Assembly: GCA_046563655.1 (NCBI GenBank)
Contig: CM102285.1
Location: 14,136,001 to 14,200,000, forward strand
From: Yuukianura sp. NJ FZ-2021
Lineage: Eukaryota
Direction: 5' to 3'
DNA length: 64,000 nucleotides
Shown here: in pieces, positions 1 through 14,325 of the stretch
How positions within the stretch are numbered: the first letter of the stretch is position 1
Layout: every line of letters begins with the position of its first letter
Position numbers and translations under genes: made by a program
The notes under the pieces: generated by a model
Seen by the model: the letters and a program-made list of their open reading frames with translations, nothing else
What the model was told of the DNA's origin: nothing
Databases searched by the model: none

Positions 1-680
1 TTTAGTTGAATCCCAATTGAATATGTTAACTACCTTCCAGGAAACCACAGTTGAGCTGACAAGTTGGCTGTAAAAAAAAAGTCTTTAGCTTTGATGTTGG
101 CTGAAAGAAGAAACTGTAAAACCGAATTCCAATGCAAAGCCGCACTCCAAATGAACAGTCAAAAAAAAAGTCAGGTGCGGTGGTGGAATGTTGATAAAAG
201 AACCAAAAGCCACCCAGCCCACCCCCTACACAGTCTCGAATTAATGCAATGTTGCCGCTTTTTCTATCACCGATTTTAAAAATTAACGAACTGTCGCAGG
301 ATTTAATTGCAACTGTCAGTTAAAATTGGGCTTTATGTTTAGTTCCGTTGGTTTAATTAATCATAATCACAAATTGCAAAGTTAATTAATGATTTTGTGT
401 TAAAATTTATGTTTACCCCTTGATAAATCCCGCTGTAGTTAAGGTGACAAACCCGCTTACCACAACCTTCTTTGCCGCGAAATTTGAATGCATTTAAAAC
501 CAAAACAAATAAAAATGAATGAAGTTGAAAACACCTGATCGATGATGCAATGAGGAAGTTGTGAAATTAAATTCAATCTTTGACTTGACTGGAGACGATT
601 AATCGATTAATCATATTCAAAGTTTCAACGTTTTAATTATCTTGCGTGGAGTAGTACTCCCTACGCGCAGTTAAGCTACA

Positions 681-2288
681 ATGATAAAGTTAGTAGTATC
701 ACCGGTACCGATGTCCAAACTGCCGCCGGGTGTTGGTGGTATTGCGTCAATGTTTGTCAACACAAGGGCGTTCACCAATAATCCAGTGATGTCCTTTAGT
801 AGGTAAGTTTTAGATGCAAGCTAATATGTTTTACGGTTGTTGGTTGATACTGTAACTAATAAAATGAAATGTTTCTTTAGATTCCAATCTTCTACGACTT
901 GTTACAGTTACGCAGTTTCTTCGATTAGACTAGGGCGAATCAATGCGAAGACCATTTCATTTCCAATGACAAGCTGGATGCAACAACCAGTGAAGAATCT
1001 TCATCGCTGTCAGCATCATTTGGCAGATGGAAAAGGAGGAAAAGGACCACTGGATGCAACAACCGTTCCACAGCCAGTTCCCGTCAAGAAACACTCTTTC
1101 CTCAAATTCATTTCTTCTCGCTTTCTCAAATTTTTGGACCATTATCAGAAAATACTGGAGAAGAAGTTCCCTGGAGCTATGAATGTTTACAGAGTCTTCG
1201 TCGTTGGCTTCAAAGTATGTCGATACTAATCTGAATTACTGATTACTGAGTTTAGTCATTAGTAACTCTTTTTTCTTTCTATAGGACTTTACAGTTGAGA
1301 CGAAGGATTACATGATGCTGAAGAGCCGTGTCATAACCGGTACAACTGAATTGACTGAACTGAGTCGAAAGGAAATCGAAATTTACTACAGACTGCCAGG
1401 AGAGATTCTGCGTGTTGGACCAACACTTTTAATCTCAGCTCTACCCTTTGCCAATTACATCGTGTTTCCTATTGCGTAAGACTAAGACACTACCAAAAAC
1501 TATAAATGTTTTATCAAAAACCGAACGTTTGTTTCTTTTTAGGTATTACTTTCCAAAGAAATTGCTTTCGTCACACTTCTGGTCTCTACAACAAAAGTCA
1601 CAGTTTGCTCTTGAATTTCATAAGCAAAAACTAGTCAACTATCGCCCACTATTTCGTCATCTTCAACTCAACGTCGCAGATGTACTGGACAAAGACAGGA
1701 AAGTTGTACTTCAAGACGCTCTTCACCAACTCGGTTGTGGTGCTCATCCTACCGTTGACGAAATTCTACAATTCAAGACACTTTTCGAATCGGACAGATA
1801 CAGTTTACAAGCGATTTTTGGACCGCATGTCGTAAGTTATTAAATAGCGACTTTCCTTACTTCAAATTCTATGTATAACGTTGGTGTTTTTTTTTATACA
1901 GAAAGCCCTGTGTCGAGCTCATGGAATGCATTGCCATTATTTCAATCGACGTAGACTTGGTGACAGAGCAGAGATGCTGCGTGCCATTGATTCCGTTTTG
2001 GCACGAGACGGGACTGAGAATCTCAAGTTAGAGGAACTAAAGACTGTAAGGTCATCGAGGTCAAAATTCAAAATCTTAAAAACTAACTTCACTTTCTCTT
2101 TTCTCCAGGCCTGTTTTCTGCGTGGACTGAATGCATCAAACCTTGACAATACCGAACTCCGGAAGTACCTGGACAACTGGCTCGCTGTGTCGCAAGCACT
2201 GGGTCCATCTACTAACTCCCTGCTTCTCCACTTACCAATTTTCTTAGCCTACAATCATCCAAACAATTGGGGCTTACTAAAGGCTTAA
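681..2288 (+). CDS. LETMD1: LETM1 domain-containing protein 1 (LETMD1-like mitochondrial membrane protein); join(681..802,881..1214,1285..1475,1543..1831,1902..2045,2109..2288), 419 aa
   Basis: Six exons joined at GT-AG sites keep frame (1260 nt in total). The translation contains LETMD1-type segments KFPGAMNVYRVFVVGFKDF, LSRKEIE, PTLLISALPFANYIVFPIAYYFPKKLLSSHFW, LKTACFLRGLN and SLLLHLPIFL. The N-terminus is rich in S/R and lacks acidic residues, as expected of a mitochondrial presequence. The start could be ATG 681 or the in-frame ATG at 711. Confidence 0.88.
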
Positions 2289-2559
2289 GCCTTTGTCACA
2301 CACAAATCGACGACGGATCCGGCGTGACTGTGGCTTTAACCCAAAAACTACGATTTTTTCAAGAGAAGGCTGGTGGTTTACCTCAGAAAGGTTTATGTTA
2401 ACTAATTTCTACACTTCTCAATGGTCTTTATAACTTCAGTTTTGAAAGTGTGATATTAATTTCACAATTTCTGTTGTTAGTTAATTAACTTAAATTAATT
2501 AAACCATTTTGTACTTGAAAGTCTAAAAAGTTGAGTTTGGATGCCCAGTTGTGCATGTC

Positions 2560-2621
2560 GGGTGACGGTTCGTTCGAAACGGTACGGGTGCCGTACCGGA
2601 ACCGCCGAGCGAACCGAACCC
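2560..2621. other. GC-rich multi-stem inverted repeat (hairpin) between LETMD1 and NUDT21
   Basis: Inner stem CGGTACGG(2580-87)-GTG-CCGTACCG(2591-98); outer stem CGGTTCGTTCG(2566-76)/CGAGCGAACCG(2606-16) with one G-U pair; basal GGGT/ACCC. Confidence 0.75.
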
Positions 2622-2835
2622 TGTCCAAAAAAAAAGAGAAGGGAGTGTTGTTTTTTTTATTTCGTCGCTCATCTTGGATTTGTATTGTTTTCGAGGTGTC
2701 AAAATTTCGGTTCGTGTTTTCTGTAGAGTCCAAATCTTATCAAGAGCATTTTGTAATACCATTGACGCTGTTAAGTCCACAATAATCTAATCGTAACTCA
2801 CCTCTTTTGGAACAATTAAGTTGGTTTAGGGAAGT

Positions 2836-5982
<3,147 letters not shown>

Positions 5983-6363
5983 ACAAGTTTTCTTGAAGCC
6001 GCCTCCATCCACACGCATTCTTCTGGGCTTTGCAGTTTTTTTCTGACATGGATTTTACGAAATTTCCAAATTCAAAAATGGATTGTTCAAAATTGTAAAT
6101 GTAAACCAAAAGATTCTCTAGGACGAACACTCAAAATTTTCTAAATAGTGCAAGAGGTGGTTGTTGGGCCGATCTCCTTTTTTGGTTTACTACACTTTAC
6201 TATACACGAAATTTCAAAATTTGGATGAAGGCGAAATTTTTTCCTGTTAAAACCAAGGTATGGATTTAAATTTATTATATTTAACAAAGTTTTTAGTGAC
6301 AGATTTCACTTTAAAAAGTTTTTTTTAATAACTTAAATCTTATGTTTCTCAAAGTTATATTCA

Positions 6364-6380
6364 TGTAAATGTTGAATAAA
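6364..6380 (+). terminator. Candidate NUDT21 poly(A) signal (UGUA at 6364-6367, AAUAAA at 6375-6380)
   Basis: First canonical AATAAA I found after the stop codon, about 390 nt downstream, preceded by TGTA and followed by U-rich sequence. Confidence 0.5.
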
Positions 6381-7053
6381 ATGTGAGTCAAATGTTACAA
6401 AATTTTGGAAAAGAACATTTTTTTTAAATTTTGACGTGAATTCATCCTCAACCGCAGGAAAATCAATGACAGATTTTTTTTTCACTTGTCATTTTGGATC
6501 AAGTTTTTTAAAAAATGATTTTTTTCAAATTTTAAAAGGTTGACTAGATAATGATTTTTGGTCGATTAATTTACATCTCTAACGATTGATTAATAGTCAA
6601 AAAAAATTTGAAGAATCATGTTCCTGAGTCACCAAAATTTTAATAATCTTTGCAAATGCAAAATTGAGGGATGAGAAAAAACTGCTGGAGAAAGTAAATT
6701 AAAATAAAATTTTGATTTTTTTTTCTTTCAAATTGCAGCAGCTGACTCGACTGATGAAGGGAGAAAATTTTTTGCTCTTTAAAATTCATAGAAAAATGTC
6801 AAATCATCTTCATCAAAAAACGAAAAAAAAAAAAAAATCCAGTCCGTCAGTTTTTTGTGGCTCGTGCTACTAAAAGTCTATTGTTTTCGGAGTCACTTTT
6901 TTGCTTTTCAAAAAAAGTGATGAGATTGCAATTGATTTTTTTCATTTTTTGAGATGAGAGCTTTTTGTTAAGGGTGATGATAATTTGGTGGGTGTCATTT
7001 GACTGGAGAGAGAGATGGTTTGAGGTTGAATGAGCAGATGATGAGGTGGCATT

Positions 7054-7109
7054 CTAGCCGGGTAACATTTCAAACTACCCGGGTAACATCGCAGACTACC
7101 CGGGTAACT
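7054..7109. repeat. Short tandem repeat, 3 x about 21 bp (CTACCCGGGTAACAT...)
   Basis: CCGGGTAAC occurs three times at 21-bp spacing; related TACCCGGGTA words occur again at about 57057-57158. Confidence 0.7.
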
Positions 7110-8466
7110 TCTAGAGGACGCTTGACATAACCTAGGTCTTCCATGTGTCAACCCTATGATCGGTGACATTCTGCAAGATATCAGGAACTCTCCCAATGAG
7201 CACTGAAGCACATGAGAAGATAAGCAGGACTTGTCATGCTTGCGTCAGCTTCTATAATAGTACTTTTATAGTACTTTTTTTCTGCCAAAAACCACCAAAC
7301 CTAACTTATAAGTTAGATTTTTAGGCTAACCTGACTTATAAGTTACGTTTTTAGAAGGAAAACCTAACATACAAGTTATGTTTTCGGCTTAACTTTGAGT
7401 TGTTAGGTTAAAAGAAGTCAATTGTGAGGGTTTGGCTTGATCTCAGCCATAACAAAAGAGAGAGGAAAGCGGCGTGGTGGTGTTAAGAGTTTCTCTGAAA
7501 AAGGGAGTTGATGTATCGATTCCTACCTGCTGCTCAAGGCTTTTTTTCTTTTTTTTTCTTTTCTCCAGCAGTCGAAGGAAGTTTGGTGAAGTGTTAAGGG
7601 TTTTTGGTGGTTTAAGTTGATTGAGTCCTGGAGGCTTGTTGCTCCTCCAAGATCCAAATCAACTTGGTGGTGGTTGTATTTTTCAAGTTTCAATTGAATT
7701 CCAACTATTTTTTATCCCTAGGTCACACTCCAATCCAATGTTAGGTTACGTTTTCTGCCAACAGTTCCTTTTTCCTTGATCTTGACGCTGGAAGATGCGC
7801 TTCCTCTGACGCTCAAAGATCCTGTTCCTGATGATGTCCGCTGGCGCTACTTCTTCACAACTTTTCCGCTCTAAGTGAGTCTCACTTCATCAAGTTGCTT
7901 CTCCAACAAAAAAAAAAGTAGTCCAAAAAAATTTTTCTTCAAAAAAAAATCACAGAAATATTTTCTTTTTTCTTCGAGAATTTTCAATTTCTGATTTTTT
8001 TCTGATTTCTGACTTATCCTGTGTGGAAATTTGCATGAACTGTCGGCGGTTTTAGTTGAAATGGATTTGTTAAAAAAATATCTCATAGGTGGCTTCGAAA
8101 CAAGGCTAAACGACTTACCGTATTTCCTGGCGTTTATGTTACATTTTTAGTTTAAAACAAAATTTACCTTAGGTGGCTGTTGATCCTTGGGTGGCTTTGA
8201 CCCTTGCAGTGGGTCGAAGGTGGGGCCTTGGGTGGGAATAATTGGAGGTTTTGAAGAAGAGAAGGCTAATTCGAGATAAAAGAAAAGAGTGAAATCTGGT
8301 GGAAGGAAGTAAACGAACCGACAAGAGAAAGTAGACTTTCTCCTCCCAATTTGTAAACTTATCCCACACACACACTTACGCCAACATCAAACTTCTTCTT
8401 TTCTCAACTGCTTTCTCAAAACCTTTCAAACTCAAACCAACCGTCAACTTTGACCTCCCAACTTCA

Positions 8467-8872
8467 ATAGTTACTCCCTCCAACAGACAAGAAGCCAGAT
8501 AAGTCCTAAGAAGAAGAAGCCGGGAACGTCCAACAAGCTAAAATAGTTACTCCCTCCAAGACACTAGATAATAATTATTTACTCCCTTGAAAACGTTATA
8601 GATAGTTACTCCCTCCAAAAGGTTAGTTACTCTAAAAACCAGGCGAGCCAGTAGTGATTCCAGTCACGAGGCTGCATAGTTACTCCCTCCAAAACGTCAG
8701 AGATAGTTACTCCCTCCGAGACATCATACATAGTTACTTCCTCGAAAACGTCATAGATAGTTACTCCCTCCTAGACGTCATACGTAGTTACTCCCTCCAA
8801 AAAGTTAGTCACTCTAAAAACCAGGAAGTCATAGTTACTCCCGCTGTGAGGCTGCATAGTTACTCCCTCCAA
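8467..8872. repeat. Minisatellite with ATAGTTACTCCCTCC core (about 27-bp period, about 13 copies)
   Basis: The core recurs at about 8467, 8543, 8602, 8676, 8703, 8730, 8757, 8784, 8831 and 8856, and the TTAGT(T/C)ACTCTAAAAACCAGG block is duplicated at a higher order. Confidence 0.9.
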
Positions 8873-11800
8873 GAGAAATTTTTTAAACCAAAACTTATAC
8901 CACCACCACAGCCACCTTCACCCACCTGAAAGATTATTTATTCCACCCGCTGCGCCACCGAAGCCACCACTTCAAATCCTCCCTCCTCAGATTTTTTTTA
9001 TTCTAACAAAACGCAGCAATTTCTACCCTCTCCCTTCCCTCATCATCACTTGACTCGCGCCAAAAAGTCAACCGATGCTTGAAGCTGTACTTTTCAAACT
9101 CTCCAAAGCTTCTTGTCAACCGATGATGTTGGAAATCAGAAAGCGAAGATTGAAAATTCTGCACTTGAACACGTTTTCCGCTGCTGCCGTGTAGCGCCAT
9201 GATTCAAAACAGAGTTCGACATTTTCCAAACTGAACCAAAGTCACGAACCACCACTTGGATTGCCAGATACTTCAAGGACACAGAAAAAGTTTAGGTTTT
9301 GAACGGTGAAGCAACAGAGTATGGAGTGGAAGAAAAAGTTTTCAAAATTTCCCAATTTAAAAAAAAATATGCTTACGAGTACTTAGGAAAAGTTTTGAAA
9401 CTTTTACTTTTTGAAAAGAATTGCTGCGGGTCCACTTGAACAGAAAACAAGCGAAGGGAGGTGAAAGTTTTTTTTTCTTGAATTTTTTTGGAAAAGAAAT
9501 TCACGTTTCTACAGAAATCCCTTAAGTCTTTCTAGAATCTTTTTTTCTCCTAATTTTTTTTTTGGAAAGACTAGGATTATTTGGAGAAAGATGAAGTTGA
9601 TGATGATGATGAGGGAGAAAGGAGAAGAGAAGGAATCGAAGTGCATCAAATGAGCGATAAAATGCATGGTTTTGACAGGAGAAAAATAGTTTGATTTATG
9701 AATCCTATTTATGAAAGGAACTAACGTCAGGACTTTCTCCTTCCTTTTTCTATTTTTTCAAAAACCCGTACTTTCTGGAAAGAAAGTCCACAGTGAACGG
9801 TGCTTTTGGAACTTTTTCTTCTTGAGAAGTTGGAAAATGCGTGTAGGATTGAGGATTCCCCAAACGACGGTCCTTATCCGCCCTATATTTCTTCTGTGGT
9901 GAAGACCCATGGCACAACTTTCACTTTTTTAACCGCTGCCACTTTCACTTTTGAAAAAAAAGAGAGGAAAAAAATCCTGGTTGAGTAAACACCCCTTCTT
10001 GGACTGCATAATCTATGTATTTGAAGCGTTTTTTAGAGTGATGGACACATCTCACAATTTGAATTTGAAAAAAAAAACGTGAAAAAATAGAAAATTTTGA
10101 ATTTTGCAACTTTTTTTTCTAACCTAACCTAACAGGAATTTTAAGCTTCCGCCGAACATAATGCCGTAGAGGACGAGCTTTGTATTTTTGAATTTTTGAG
10201 AGTTACGGTTTTGTTTTTTCTTGAATGGCGTATAGACGCTGCATAATTTTTTGAACTCTTGCTGGCAAAATTTTGTTTTGTGTTTTGTTAAACTTGTTAC
10301 AGTTCGTTTTTTTCAAAATTTTTCGAAAAATGAAAGTGTGGAGATGTTTTTGGAAGATTTGTTTCCTAATCCTGCTCGTCCTCTCATCTCTCTTTTCCAT
10401 CTTCATCATTGCACCGAATGATCATTTCCCCTCCGATCCTGACACTTATTACAAAGAAATCTCAGTTCCCATCTCCTCTTAAAGATGTTGACAGGCCACT
10501 TCAGAATCCAGCCCCACCACAATTCTATATTGAGCCACCAAAGCCCCACCACCATTCACTCTGCCCCACCACCGCCACTTGAACCCACTCGACTACCCTC
10601 CTCTTTTCACTGTACTTTCTCCTTACTAAAGTTTAAGTGGAGATTAGTAGGGGCGGGGGTGGACATGGATTCTTCCCTAAAAGAAAAAAAGGACGCCAGA
10701 GTTCAAAATCTCCCGCTCTTTTTTTAGCTAATACCAAAAGTATTAAGGACAAAATGACCTCCATCTCCATTTGCATCATCACTGAATTCTGGATTGGAAG
10801 GTTCTTCTATACTTACACAAAAGGTTCCTCTGGAACAGACATTAAAAATGCATTAGCAAATTGCCACTTTCCCCCGTTTTTGGCTCCTTTTCGGCGCTTA
10901 AGCTTGTGCTGTCGGTGTGACACAGTCACTTGCTGCTGCAAGAGGCTTACGACTTGTCTTAATCCGTCTCACACGCACTCCGCCACCGCCGCGGTGCAGT
11001 GCCACGGTGAGTGTCATATCCCATGTTTCACACTCACTAAAACCGCAACTTAACAACTTGCTCAACATGTCCCTAAGTAACTTCCATTATAACATACTCA
11101 CCATAACCTAACCATAGCCTAATCTTAGCCTAACCATAACCTAACCATAGCAGACACTCACTTTCTCCAGGAAGTCTTTATGAAAGGCACGTCTTCTCTG
11201 TATTTTTTTTCAGAAGAAGAAAAAAGTACAGAGCTGTTCAAAAAAAAAGTCAAAGCTGGATGTCGTTTTATTTTTAACGAAACAGAGAGTGCCGGGTTGC
11301 TCAAAAGAAAGTTAGGTATAGTGTAGGATAAAAATGAAAAAGTGACATTCAGTCCTCTTGACTCCTGTTCTTTTTTTCAAATTTCAAAATACGCTTTCGT
11401 TTTTCAAAAAATTTCGAAGTTTTCATAAAAATTTAGAAAAAGTTCTTGACTTTCTTGGTTTTTGACAACTGTTTGTTGGTTTTTTCCTGTTTTCGGAACT
11501 TTAGTTGCTTTTCTTGAGGAATCTTTCTGAACTTTGCATGTTGAGAGTCTGCTGGCTATAATTCAGGAGAGGAAGATTGTTAGGTTAAGTTAAGGTTAGG
11601 CTTTTAGAAGAAGTCTAATAAATTAAAAGGTGATGGCAGTGTGTGTGGTTAGGTTATGTTTAAGAGCATGAGCTGTCTGGCTTCGGTTCAGTTTCAATTC
11701 ATGTGGTGTGGTGAGTAAACGGAAGAGATCCATTCTTCCATTGTCTTCTCAATAGAGACAGGGAGCAGGAGCGGAATGATGGAACGAAGGAAATGGAACA

Positions 11801-12788
11801 AGACAAAAAAGTTAGGCTAGGCTTGCCAAGAAGTCAGCACGGTATAACAAACAGAGGTTTGAAAGAGAAAACAAAAGAAAGCAACTGTGGACTCAAGCCA
11901 ACTAACTCCGGAACTTCAACAGCACAACACATGGATTCCCTACACGCAATTTCATACAAAAAATACGCTAAACACGCAATTTTGAAGAAAAAAAAAATTC
12001 AAAAATTCTTAAGAAATGTTTTCGTCTTTGGTAAACTTTCTCTTCTGTTGGATTTAGCGATAGCAAAATCAGGTTCTGTAGCATTTTGGGGCAATGTGAA
12101 ACATTTCACTGAAATTTCAGCAGTAACTCTACGATAAGTTCACGTTAGGTTTACATTAGGTTAAGGTTAGATTTTCATTAAGTTTTAAGTTAGGCCAAGG
12201 TGTGAAAGACAGGAAAAGTTTGATTGAGTGGGAAAATGTCGTCGTCTTTTTCTCTCTTCTGCTTCTAGGAGCGACTTTGATTGAAATCCAAAAGTCCCAC
12301 TGGTTTTCCCGCTTCTTTTTCTTTTTTGCCCAGGAAGATTCGAAGATTCCTTGGGAGATTGAATGGGAAATTGGTGGAAAAACGCGGGATTGATTAGATT
12401 TGAACTTGTTGGGATCGAGAGAGGGGACAGACAGAGACAGTATTTGGAAGGCGTGAAGGTGAAAATGGAGAAAGTCCCCAGAGACACTTTCTCTCCCTTT
12501 GACTCCCCTTGATTTCGTTTTCTCCAGGAACTCAGATCCATGTCTCCTACGGTACATAACCTAACATCTCCAAATCCAGAGACGCATGTCATCTCTCCAT
12601 TGACATCCGCACATTCACAAACCTCAGGAACCGACTTTCTCTTTTCTCACTTTCTACCGTGAGAAACACCTGAGGCTTCCTTATAGTACTTCCTTAGCTT
12701 TTTAGACTTAGCCTAACCTTAACCTAACGGTTAGGCTAACGATTCAAAGTTAGTACGGAAATCCAAGGTGTTTCCGTACTCTTTCCGC

Positions 12789-13201
12789 TAAGGTTTGCTG
12801 AGTTTGATTTTCTTTAACAGGTTGGGTAATACCTCATGTTTTTTTTTTTGATTTTGCAAAAAAAAAGTGTCTTTGGTTCAGAGTTAGTACGGAAATCCAA
12901 GGTGTCTCCGCCCTCTTTCCGATAAGGTTTGTTGATTTTGATTTTATTTAACATGTTGGCTAATATCTCACGTTTTTTTTCTTTGTTTTACAAAAAAAAA
13001 GTGTCTTTTCATTTCAGGGCATCGTAGCAATAACAATACAGCCGAATTCTTTAAATTTGCATACGAATTGGTAGCATTTTTTTCGGGTTGGTACTCATTA
13101 CTCAAATTGGCACCAATTTTTGCTTTTTTGCGTTTTTCTGTCAAAAATCGGGATGGTATGCAACCTATTAAATAAAATCTTTCTGTTGTCAAGGAACCTT
13201 G
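12789..13201. mobile_element. CAAGG-MITE copy A (left end partly duplicated in tandem)
   Basis: Ends are TAAGGTTTG...GGAACCTTG, with an 8-bp target duplication CTTTCCGC at 12781-88 and 13202-09. The internal sequence resembles the copies at 17018 and 39443. Confidence 0.8.
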
Positions 13202-14256
13202 CTTTCCGCGTTTAAGAGAGGTTCTGGAGTTCTGTCGTCAAGGACAGGAACAGAGTTATGTTAGTTAGGTTAGGCGAGGAGAGAGTTAGGTTAGTTAGGC
13301 TAGGAACGAGAGTATGTTGTTGGGAAATGTCTTGAGATTATGCGAAACTGGAGTGAGTTGAGTCGTGTGACACTTTGGTGTTCCCTGGAGGGGCTCTGAG
13401 GGTTCTGAGGTTGTTCTGCTTTGCATAATATGTCTCACCTTTTGTGTGAAAGTGAAAGCGAAAGTGAAAGTAATATGTCGCTGCTGCTGTTTGAACAGAA
13501 TGCCTTCGGATTTGAATAATCCACTTTCTGCCGCTCTCTCTCACTCCAGCCATCACCTAATCCGCATCCTTGTTCTAAAAACCTGTTCTAAAAACTCGTC
13601 CCTTGTTTCAAAACTACTCCAACTCTCATTTTCTATGTTCTAGACAGCAGCTTCAAACTTTTGTTCCACCGCCAAATCATCCATTTTGCAAAGATTTCAG
13701 ATTAGGAATTCAGCGGAAGAGTGAAAGCGGAAAACCGATTCCTCGCTTAATCTAGCCTTAAAGCTTCATTCAAAGCTGAGGTCATTGCAAAGCATCAGAG
13801 CAATGACCTTGAAATTTTTTCAAATTTTGATACTGTTTAACAAAATTTTGAATTTTGGTTACGGCGGGACCGAGAAAGCTGGAAAGTTTAGAATAATGGG
13901 GTGTGACACAGACTCTCTCCTTCGATTTTTTAAGAAGATTTTTTTGATTTTTTTGCGAGAGATTTTCAAATTCTAGTGGGAAAAAAATAGGCGCGGAATT
14001 TTCGAAAAAAAAATTCTCTAATGTTTGAATTTGTGCGGAGAAAGTAACGCCTAACCTTTACCTATACCTTAGCGAAGTGTTATTCAAAATTTTGTTTCGA
14101 AAATTTTTTCTCCAAAAATTTTTTCGGGTTTTGGCGGTTTGAAAAGCTTATTAAAATGGTAAGTTCTCTTCTTTTCTTATTTTTTTTTCTTGTGTGAATT
14201 GAGCCGTTGTGTTAATGTCACGGTGTCCAATCCAGAACTTCCACTGGTCTAATTTT

Positions 14257-14325
14257 TTTCCTCACTAAAGGAAACTCCTATTTCCTCAACTGAGGAAACG
14301 AGTTAGATTTTCCTCACTGAGGAAA
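14257..14325. repeat. Three tandem palindromic units TTTCCTCA-(A)C-TGAGGAAA
   Basis: Units at 14257, 14281 and 14308; the latter two have perfect 8-bp arms. Confidence 0.75.

Noticed and set aside
8467..8872. CRISPR-like repeat/spacer appearance
   Set aside because: The conserved part is only about 15 bp, the 12-bp spacers are related to each other, spacing is irregular, the context is eukaryotic and there are no cas genes; it is a minisatellite.
11100..13305. TTAGG/CCTAA runs resembling the arthropod telomere repeat (also near 14870, 41560 and 55650)
   Set aside because: Short, degenerate and dispersed in both orientations; not a telomeric array.
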